This document shows, one piece after another, positions 50,990 through 60,411 of a stretch of 64,000 bases of DNA. The stretch comes from Yuukianura sp. NJ FZ-2021 (lineage: Eukaryota). The notes under the pieces were generated by a model, which did no database searches, was not told the origin of the DNA, and saw only the letters and a program-made list of their open reading frames with translations. Position 1 is the stretch's first letter. Each line of letters opens with the position of its first letter. The stretch spans positions 930,001-994,000 of the forward strand of contig CM102286.1 of the NCBI GenBank assembly GCA_046563655.1, read 5' to 3'. The translations under genes were made by a program, and so were the position numbers.

Positions 50990-51486
50990 TTTTTAAGGTT
51001 TGACCTTTGACCTTATGTTTAAATCTGTTTGTTTGGCTGTAGTGTTCGAAAAAAAAAGTTGAAAATTACGCACAGCTTGTGTAATTTATTACCAAAGATG
51101 AAAATGCAGGAAGGCATTTTATAGCTACGATGAGTGAAACTAATGCAACAGAGTTTGTTTTGGTTACGCAACATCAAGCTCAAACTTAAGGTGTAATTAA
51201 TTAGTAACGCTACGCTCATGAAAACAAAAGTTCCGCATTACAAACAATTCCAAAGCAATTAAATTCTCATTAATTAACAACCCACAACGTCTTAGGATTA
51301 CGTACAGATAATGTAGTTTGTGTCAAAGGATTTTTAGAGTTTATGGAGAAAGCACGTTTTATAGCGCAGAATCTGAGGTAAGTTTAAATGCCGTAATTTC
51401 ATGTTTTTTTTAAATAGGCGAAGGTAGTTTAAATTCAATGCGGTTAAATTTTATTGGCGGAAAACCCGCTTCCTGATTGGTTGATT

Positions 51487-51928
51487 TCAAATTGGAATTT
51501 GGCAGGAAGTGCCTCCGCAACCCTGTGGGCAGCACAGTTGACCTTGAGGACATCCGCTTCTGGAGCAATCCGTGAACTGGCAAGTTGAAACATCGCCACC
51601 CACAGTAGGAAGTGGGCATGTTTTTGGGATGACCTGCTGACTTGCATCCTTCACACATCGACCGACAGGGCCACACTGTCGACGACTGCACTGTTGTATT
51701 ACCGCACAACGGTGTCCTGAGCTGCATTTTATGGTTGCACATGGATCTGCAACCAAATAAAAGTTATCTTTTTGAAAAAATGGCATTTTTGAAAAATAAA
51801 TTTTGAAAACTTTTTGGTACTTGGTTGCAAGCACAAGTATTGGTTGCAAGGGGTTGTTACACATTCTTTGGGGTCATTGACACAAGTGTATCCAGCGGGG
51901 CATGGCGATGAAAAGCATGGATCCAATG
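51487..51928 (-). CDS. Cys-rich + WAP-domain protein C, exons 2-3 intact; own first exon apparently degenerate
   Basis: Exons 51928-51821 (LDPCFSSPCPAGYTC...) and 51746-51487 (...CCPQGCGGTSCQIPI*) are homologous to genes A and B. The nearest signal-peptide-like exon (~52310-52244) has no ATG in the phase-compatible frame and contains an in-frame TGA. Confidence 0.75.
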
Positions 51929-51994
51929 CTAGAAAAATATAACAAAGTTTTTCAAAGTCTTAAAAACTTCTTTAAAAACGCAGAACCAGCCTAG

Positions 51995-52198
51995 CAGGTC
52001 ATTATCGCGAAAATTGTAAGGGCAAATTCGCTAATTTGGCAACAAAGGAGCTAAATGACAATAATATTTCAATGGTTAGGCATCTAAAACGTATAAAGTT
52101 AAGTTCTTTCCAAAGGTGTTTGCCATGTTCCGTAATAACACAGCTCAGTTTTGCCAAGTTGCTAATTTCGTGCTTATTGTTTTCGCGTTAAAGACCTG
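51995..52198. mobile_element. MITE (~204 bp) with ~50-bp imperfect terminal inverted repeats
   Basis: Left end caggtcattatcgcgaaaattgtaagggcaaattcgctaatttggcaac versus the reverse complement of the right end, caggtctttaacgcgaaaacaataagcacgaaattagcaacttggcaaaac. No clear TSD. A related end occurs at 57206-57253. Confidence 0.75.
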
Positions 52199-52677
52199 GA
52201 ACTGAATATGCAATTGTAGCAACCGTAAATAATTATTTCGTACTTAAAGATTTTTGATGTCATAAAAATAGAAAACATAAAAGTAAAGCAAAAGTTGTAC
52301 ACTTCCAAATTTTTACAGTTTAACACAAACTGGACAGTGTTGCAATAAAGTTACTTGCAGTGAAACGGGTTTCCAGTTTTTCCAATGCTCTAGTATTTTT
52401 TCCAGGAAAATTATTTAGTTTATGCATGGCCACAAAAGTTTGTTCAACTTTGTGCCAAATAATCTAATCAAAAAAGTTTGCTTTGTCTTTCCATCAAAGG
52501 AGAGAATTTTTTGTCATGGTTCAATAGTCGAATGACCTCGATATGCAAAATCTGTTTAAAACTAGCCCAAGCATTGTCAAGTTTTTCTTTTGAATTTTGA
52601 TTTAAAACAAAAATAAAAAAAAACTAAATTTTTATGTCATCCATCACGATTGTTTTTAGGGCAAAGATAGTTTTTAC

Positions 52678-53565
52678 CTTGATTTGTAACCTGAGCTGTC
52701 CCTTTAATGGTGTCTTGAGGCTGAGGTGTTGATGGACAATGTTGACAAGGTTCTATAAAGTGTTAAGTCATCTTATAACAAATTTGAACAACTATTTTTA
52801 AAATGATTAATTATAGTTTCTTAAACTTACGACAGAGTTCCTCCTGTAAAACAAAAACAAAATTATATTTCTCTGTTGCAATTGAATCACAATCCTTAAA
52901 AAACGAAAAAAAGATGAACTTACAATGTACATATCAGGAGTGCATATATTGTACAAAAATAGGGTGCAAGCAACAGGTGATAACTAATTAAGCAACAGTT
53001 TTTATTAATACAGTTTCATTTTTTAATATTTAGGTTTACTACGACGTACTTACTGCACTCTTCCGGCATCTGACATTGGCAGGAGGTGGGTATGTACAAC
53101 GTTTGCAGCAAGCTAATTCAAAACAAAGCAAGCTTACTGAAATGACGCGATTTGGGATGTTTTTAGAACAATTTTAAAACTTAAACGTCCTTACAGCAAT
53201 AGTCCATCTGCGAGATTGAAATAAATAAACACAACAATTTAAAAAAATACGAATTTAATTTTTGTAAAAACTGAATTCGATCTTTCGCTATTACCAAGTA
53301 CTCTGAATACTTGCATCGGGCATTTGTCTTTATCAACGGACAAAACACGGGACCTGGACACTGTTTACAATTTAATTTCTTTTAAAATTGGACCAATTTT
53401 TTTGAAATTTGGACAAAATTTTTTGAAAGCGTTAACCTTCTCCGTTATGTTGCATCCACTTGGTCTGGGATGTCTTGTTCTTGGTCTTGTCCGGCGCGAT
53501 GAAACGTTCAGTAGGAATGGAACGGACACAATCATTGCCAAAAGAATCACTCTCATACCAAACAT
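52678..53565 (-). CDS. Secreted Cys-rich protein with two internal repeats and two 13-nt microexons (IGFBP-N-half-like); 3' end uncertain
   Basis: Exons 53565-53437, 53360-53295, 53207-53195, 53112-53054, 52983-52924, 52843-52831, 52752-52678 are all GT-AG and in frame: MFGMRVILLAMIVSVPFLLNVSS-RRTRPRTRHPRPSGCNITEK-CPGPVFCPLIKTNARCKYSEYL-MDYC-SCCKRCTYPPPANVRCRKSA-LSPVACTLFLYNICTPDMYI-EELC-QPCQHCPSTPQPQDTIKGTAQVTNQG. Confidence 0.75.
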
Positions 53566-53883
53566 TTTTCAAAATTTTAAATTTACGATTTCTCAAAGAA
53601 CGAATTAAAAATGAGATTTAGAATTTGAAATCTTTCTACTCGCTTGACTTCGCAACCATGACTAATTTATGAGTAGTCCTACAAAGAAAAATTGAAATTA
53701 ACTTTTGCAAAAACTTCACAAATTGAAATGAGGTCGCAAAAAAATTAGCAAGTCGATAGAATTTATTTATAGTGGATCGAAAAAAAATCCAAAGCTAAAT
53801 TTAAAAGAACATGAAGAAAAGGTGGGTTTTTAGTAGAAACTACAGGTGTTTTTAAAATTAATATTACATTTACATTCTGATCT

Positions 53884-55110
53884 TTATTTAAGCACTAGTA
53901 CAGTACTAATAGTGTTAGTTAAAATTGCATGGTTGATTTCCATCAACACCGACCGTGTCAAGTAGCAAAGATGCCCAATATAAATTCTTCTTTTCCGCAA
54001 AGATCCAACTGTTCTTTTCATAATTTCCTTTTCAAGTCCTGATTTATACTTTTCCAAAGTCAGTCCAAAAATGTATTTTGTCGATACTTCGTGATGCAGT
54101 ATTCCAAACATGAGGAACAAATCTGTAATGAAAGTAACTGTCAAAGCCATGAGGAATATGACGCATGAGAAGAATGCCAATTCAGATGTTATACACATCG
54201 TGAACCCCAAAGTTACGAAAAGGCCTTGAACAAAAGCAAGCGAGAGTAGTGGTACCGAAAATAGGGTATTTGCCACCCCAGTGTGTATGTACAGTAGCCT
54301 GTAAAAGTGTACTCGCAACCATGGCGGTACCCAGATTTGAGGTACCGCAGTACCCTTGGGCGGTACTTGCACCCAGTTGATTTGACCATCAATGAATACA
54401 AGCATGGCATATCTCATCCATTTCCAGAGTGTTACGTAGATAAATATGGCAAGGTAAAGTAGTTGACAAGTTGTTAACACTAAGATGACATAATGTTGAT
54501 ATGGCATTCCAAAATAATTTTGGAAAAAGTTTTGGTAAATTTTTAAAGTCAAAGTGTACATGTCCGATGCAAAGTAGAATCCAATGGAAACGACTAGACT
54601 TGGTGCAGTGTAAGTCCCAACTTTGTCCACTAAGTTGGCAATTATGTTCCACTTCTTAACAATTTCCGCTGGAATGGCATATGGACCTGCAAGAATGATT
54701 TTTGAACAAATTTTTGCCAAAATGGAAATGTTTAGTTTAGGAACCTGTTTTGGTTGAACGCAAACGCAGTGTTGTGTTTGTAAATTGAAGCAAGTCATTT
54801 TTGGTTCTTGGTTCATGAAAATCCAAAATGATACTATGGAAACTACATACTGCGATGGCAAATGCCATGAGCGCAGCGTGAGCAAGTAGTTTAGTTGTAA
54901 ATGGTTGTTGTAACTGCCCAAAAAAATTGTCATGACAAAAGTCATTATGTCGCCTAGCAACACGACATGGCTTCCAATCCAATATGCAGTGGATTCGTCC
55001 AGTTCAAATTTTCGCGTCTTTTTGTTCCATACCAATGGACACGAGTAGGTTTGGTGTGCCCTACGCATCGCTTTACGCAAACAGATTTGAGCTACGTCAA
55101 TTTTACTCAT
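53884..55110 (-). CDS. GR-like 7TM chemoreceptor (subfamily B, copy 1); frameshifted if spliced, or intact if the intron is retained (possible pseudogene)
   Basis: Homologous to 56245-57647 and 60412-61684. Exon 1 is 55110-54745 and exon 2 is 54686-53884 (803 nt, the same length as in both paralogs). The conserved segment FHSIILDFHEP...LLQFTNTTL lies in a different frame after ~54874. Confidence 0.65.
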   Translation of the reverse strand: MSKIDVAQICLRKAMRRAHQTYSCPLVWNKKTRKFELDESTAYWIGSHVVLLGDIMTFVMTIFLGSYNNHLQLNYLLTLRSWHLPSQYVVSIVSFWIFMNQEPKMTCFNLQTQHCVCVQPKQVPKLNISILAKICSKIILAGPYAIPAEIVKKWNIIANLVDKVGTYTAPSLVVSIGFYFASDMYTLTLKIYQNFFQNYFGMPYQHYVILVLTTCQLLYLAIFIYVTLWKWMRYAMLVFIDGQINWVQVPPKGTAVPQIWVPPWLRVHFYRLLYIHTGVANTLFSVPLLSLAFVQGLFVTLGFTMCITSELAFFSCVIFLMALTVTFITDLFLMFGILHHEVSTKYIFGLTLEKYKSGLEKEIMKRTVGSLRKRRIYIGHLCYLTRSVLMEINHAILTNTISTVLVLK

Positions 55111-56244
55111 GTTGGAATACAACTTTAGCTGTTGAAATTTTTCAGTTTAAAAAAGCAGTAGCAGTCGAAATTCTTAGAATCGACTAAGAATTTTCTGGGT
55201 TGCCAGTTAAATTGGAAATAATTATTTCCAAAAAAATGAGTTTAATAACATGCAATTCAATTAGATGAGAACATTATTTTCTTTTTCAGGAAATTAAGCT
55301 CGAAAGGAGAAAAAAAAACTCAACCCGTGTTTTTTAATGTTTTCAACGTTTCCTTTGTTTGTTTTAAACGTTTTTTGTTTTACTTTTACTTTTTACACAT
55401 AGGACCATAGGATAGGACCGCCAAATTTAAATTTCAGATGACGGTAATTCTTGTCCCACAAAAAGTTTTTAGGTCTTAAGTCTCTGCGTACAACACTATT
55501 TCAAAAAACGTATTTGTTGGAAACTTGTTTTATCTTGAAAATTTAGCGTTCATCCCTGCAATTTTGCCAATTTTCTCATGTTTTACTTAAAACAAGATTT
55601 ACCCTCTTGTTTAATCGTTTAAAACACGAGTTTAAACAGTTTGCAACATCATGTTTAAAGCGTGTGATTAAAACAGAGATGCTCGGAAAATAGGACAACT
55701 TTATGCTTTAGTAAAAAATTTAAATGAGCTACATCAGAAAGGTTTTGCATTAGCATATTGAAGGTTCCGCCACGTGTATTTTAAAATCTATCAATTCTCT
55801 TAAGTTTTTAACGAAGAAGGAAAAAAAAAATTCGTCCATTTTTAAATCGATAAAGTTATGCCGTAAACTTTGAATTTTTTAGTCTCAATCTCACAAATTT
55901 TTAAATGTGGCGTCTTCAACGCTTCGAAATCTACGTTTTTATTTGGTTGCAAAACACATCCGCTTCGGCGACAAACATTAATTAAAATTTGTGTATCTGG
56001 CTGACGTAAATTCTCAATTAGCAGGAAAACTTCCACCTTAATTTCGTATGCAAATTTTGTTCCAAGGCAAGTTAATTTGTTTACGGCTGTTGAGAAAATT
56101 TAAGTACACCATACGAAACACATGCGAACAAAATTTGTTCAAAGAGTTTAAGAATTTAATAATTTGAAACAGTAATTACGTGTTGTATTACAATTTGTGT
56201 TGTTTGTATTAGTATTTGTACTGTCTATTTTGAAACATAACTTT

Positions 56245-57647
56245 TTACTTTAACCCTTTAAACATAAGAATGTTACTCATTGTGTTGGTGAGGATTGCAT
56301 GATACATTTGAGTCAATACAGATTTCTCCAAGTAACAAAATGTTCCAACATAAATTCTACTTTCTCGCACAGATAAAACTGTTTTCTTCATAACTTCTCT
56401 TTCAATCTTTGTTGCAAAGTTTACGCAATCTAACCTTTGAATGAATTTCTGTGACGAGTCAAACATTTCTTTTCCAAATACAAGACACACATTTCCAAAA
56501 GCAATTAATAGAGAGATTACAAAGTACATTATGCCAGAGAATAACGTTACTCCATACGTTATACACACAGTACATCCAAATGTTATGATCCAGCTTAGCA
56601 CAAAAATGAAAGAAGCAAGGGGTATTGCAAAGACTGCATTTTCCAACTTGTTGAGTACGTACATTCCTCTGTAGAAATTTACCCGACGAATCCCGGGAGT
56701 AGTGAGTACCTCAATGCCCTTAAGCGTTATCAGTTTCCAATGCTGTTGCCAAGCAACCATTGGAAGCAACAAATACTTTGCCCATTTCCGAAGTGTTAAA
56801 TACCCCATTAGTTGTACCACAGCAAATGCTACTGATGTTCCAACAAATGAAGTGTAGTAGGGAAACGGAATTCCTAAAAAGTTTGAAATATCTTGCCGGA
56901 TTCTGGAACTCAAAGCATAACCATCGTATGTAAAATATATTTCTCCAACTAATACGCCAACAGGAACGTAGTATTTGATACAAAGGTCAAGTTGTGTTAT
57001 AATACGTTGCCACTTTTTCAAAACCGCCGCTGGGATGACTGACGTACCTAAAAACATTTTTTTTAAAGATCGTCAATTGCTTTATTTATGAAAGTGTTTC
57101 CATTTTATTAAAAAGTAGTTGGCAACAGTGGAATAGGAGCAAAGTGGATTGCAGGTTGGGATTTTTATGTTGTGTGTTACCTTTCCTTGGTAATGTATGT
57201 ATGACGTTGCCAACTTATGGAATTCGCGCTTATTGTTTTCGCTCTAATGACCTAAAAGCAAAAAGGCAACGGAGAAAAATAACAATTACCGTTTTTTTGA
57301 GCATTTAGCTGCAGTGTAGTATTTATTAATTGAAGCAGCTCAATGTCGGTTTTCGGTTCATGCAAGTCTAACACGATACTATGAAGCATGAAACTGGAGC
57401 ACCAGAAGAAAAGTAATGTTAGCATGTAATTTAAGTCGGACTTGTAGTTACAAATGCCAAGAAAAATGCAGCCAAATAAACTGAAACAATTACAGAACAG
57501 AACAGCTTGTCTGCCAATCCAATATTTTCTGGATTTGTCCAAATAATATTTTTGTTTCTTCTCATTCCAAATCAATGGACACTGAAAAGTGGCATGTGCT
57601 TGCTTTATTGCTTTATGTAGGCTCACTTCAGCAGCGTCCCAAGCCAT
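56245..57647 (-). CDS. GR-like 7TM chemoreceptor (subfamily B, copy 2), 386 aa
   Basis: Exons 57647-57290 and 57047-56245 (phase 1, 1161 nt). Multi-TM; C-terminus SRIYVGTFCYLEKSVLTQMYHAILTNTMSNILMFKGLK. Confidence 0.78.
57116..57253. mobile_element. Truncated copy of the 51995-52198 MITE family inserted in a chemoreceptor intron
   Basis: gttgccaacttatggaattcgcgcttattgttttcgctctaatgacct matches the MITE right TIR, with the inverted agttggcaac at 57117-57126. The segment is absent from the alignable paralogous intron at 61215-61338. Confidence 0.7.
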
Positions 57648-58895
57648 TCCTGATACGGATTGTCACAGTACAAAGAAGTTTGTAATTTTGAGTTTTTCAA
57701 ATTTTAACTTTTTAAAAAATTTTAATTCTTTCACCTTAGTGACACGTGGAGTTTCAAGCTGAAAATGAACTCAAGGGCGATCAATTCAGAAACTGGCGAT
57801 GTGCGTGCTTTACAATTTCAACGGAAACGCTTTTGTTTTGTAGATGTCGAAATAAAAGCTGATGGATTCTTAATGGAATAAAGTAGTCTTCCTTATTTCA
57901 AACTACTGAGAATCTAAATAGTTGGTACTTATTGAATACATAAGTGGAAGCAATACAACACAAGTTACTTCCAGTAATTTAAAAAACGACCACTTGTAAT
58001 GTAAATTTAAAAAAAATGATCCATCGAAAAATGAAATGCTGTCGATAGTTTTTAACAAGAATGTTTTCCATTTTATTTTAGAGCATGTTTTTACTATTTG
58101 AATTAATTATTGATTTTGACCTCTTCCATTTTCTTAATTGAAATCCATAATTTTTGATGGGAAGTGTGATTGATTGTTACGCTGAAGCGTGTATTCTCTT
58201 GACACACCGCAGCAGGGTTTGTAGGTTTGTGGCGGTGTACGCGGTGTTCACAAGTAACTCGAGTAATTATCTTTTCACTATATTTGGAAAACCAATGTCA
58301 ACATTGATATTTCTTGAACTCGGATAGCAGAATGACTGTTTACTCCTACAACTAGATGTTATTTCAAAAACTTACGAACTGCCAAATGCAAAGGCATACC
58401 ACAACTAAAAATGTACAAGTGTGTTGGAATGATTTTTTTTATATGGTTGTAGGTTCAAGATCCTTTTTTCTTTTCGTTTCGTTGAAGTTTAGTGACCAAT
58501 CAGATTTTAGCGGCAATCACATTTACAAGAAAATCATGTTTGAAAACTGGTTTACTCTGTTCGCCGTTAGTGTTTTTGTATGGGATTCGTTTAACAAATT
58601 ACAATCATCAATTACTTTTAATTTAAAAAAAAACGACTCGTGTTCATAATTTATTGGAGCGACTTGACCAAAAAAGAACACACGAAGTGAAAAAAAAACT
58701 CTGCGGATAAAAAATATTAAGGAGAATGTTGAATGTCCATTTCCAACTTCCTTCATTTTTAAAGTTGGCGCAGTGGCTATTGTCAACTCGTAAAATACAA
58801 GTAGAAAAATCTAGGTGATGCATTTGACAGCTGAAGCTTTGTAAATAAACTTGTACTTTTTCCCAAAAAGTTTAGCTTTTTCTTTTTTTAAAAAA

Positions 58896-60161
58896 ATGGA
58901 CACTAGGGTTCTAACCTACAGTTTAAATTTGAGTTCAAAACTTTTGCTTGCCCCTTTCACAACTAATACTAAATGTCCATTAGTCATAACGACAGTTTCT
59001 TACCAAGGGAAATGGAAAACTGTTATACACTTTTTTGCCAATTTTATCAAAATCTTGGCATTTAACCGACTAATATTTTTGCTCATACGGTACATGCAAT
59101 ATTTGCAAGGGTCATTGACCTTAGACCGACATGACATGCACATCCTCCAGCGTAACGTCTTGAAACTTTTGCTCTACGTGTATTTGCAAGTGGTATTTTT
59201 CAAAAAGGAACAGGATTGGACATACTTTGCAAATTTGTTTTTCCGATTTCAATCTCAAGTGGAAAAAGTTAGTCAAAGTCATTTGTTTGTTACGTGTTCA
59301 GTTTTTCAAATTAGTTTTATTGTTTTAGGTAGCCGGGGACATTCGTTTCAAAAAATTTGGAACTTAACGAACAAGATATTTTTGTGCATGGCCATGTTGG
59401 GAGTTGGAGCTCAAATTATGCGATTCCTGGCAGTTTTTGGACAACCTCTGCCAAGATACTTGCTGAGCGTGATGGTTTTCGACGGGAAACATTTCGGATG
59501 GATTGGAATTGCTGAATACCTCTTTACAGATTCTGCAATCTTTACTCTCATTCTGCCTCTACTTTTGCAATTGTTTTTTGTTTCCAAAATTTATCAACTA
59601 CTGACGGCAAAGGCCATGAGGCTCCAACTACAAAAGTAAGAAAAAGTTGTTAAATTTATTGCAAAATATGTTTACTAAGGAAATTTTATGCATTGTAGCG
59701 GCCAATCACTGGCTGAGTTTCTATGTGAGTATCGACAGAGGACTATTCTGAACACAATTTACAACAACTGGCATCAAACTCTTGTAACTGCTGGAAGTCT
59801 AGCGATTCAAATGTTTTTCTGGATCAGAATCTACTACATTGCCATTCGCACATTATCTATTGCCCCTACTACCGAATACATTGCAACATCATTTTTGGTC
59901 ATTACAAACACTGCACTTGGTGTGTCACTTTGTGTAATTCCAGCACAAGTTTATCGAGACAGTCACAAATTACTGGAATTCTGGAGAAGGAAAACTGAAG
60001 GCGACATGGCAAATCTACTCATGCGCACGAGAATATTGCGTAGTTTGGCGCCCTTTGGAATACGAGCTAGTAGCTTTTTTGTGGTTAAGCCAATTACCAG
60101 GGTAGCATACTTTCGTTTTGTATTTGACTCCACTATTAACGTTCTACTCACTTTGCAATAA
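58896..60161 (+). CDS. GR-like 7TM chemoreceptor (subfamily A, copy 2), ~381 aa; first splice junction out of phase
   Basis: Exons 58896-59267 (or 59271), 59329-59635, 59699-60161. Clear paralog of 47765-49055 (VITTVSY.GKW, KKE.DW.YF.NL..RFQ, LLEFW.RKT.GD..NLLMR.R.LRSLAPFGI). Confidence 0.7.
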
Positions 60162-60411
60162 AACTAAATTTTCACAAATTTTGAATTTGTCTTTCTTTTA
60201 AATTTTTCATTTTTGAACTTGCCACAATCTAAATTGATTTTAGACAACATTTACTCAATTTAATTTTATATTCATTTACCCCCGTCGAGAAAATTTATGT
60301 ACACCATTTTTAACAAAAAGAAGGAACAAAATATTTTTAAGACGTTAGCATTGTAATAAATTAAAATAGTAGTTATAGTTGTAATATAGATTTATTTCTA
60401 AACATAGCTTT

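Noticed and set aside
59109..59121. IR1 element GGGTCA-T-TGACCT
   Set aside because: Lies within coding sequence (GSLTL, also conserved in the paralog protein), so it is explained by codon constraint.
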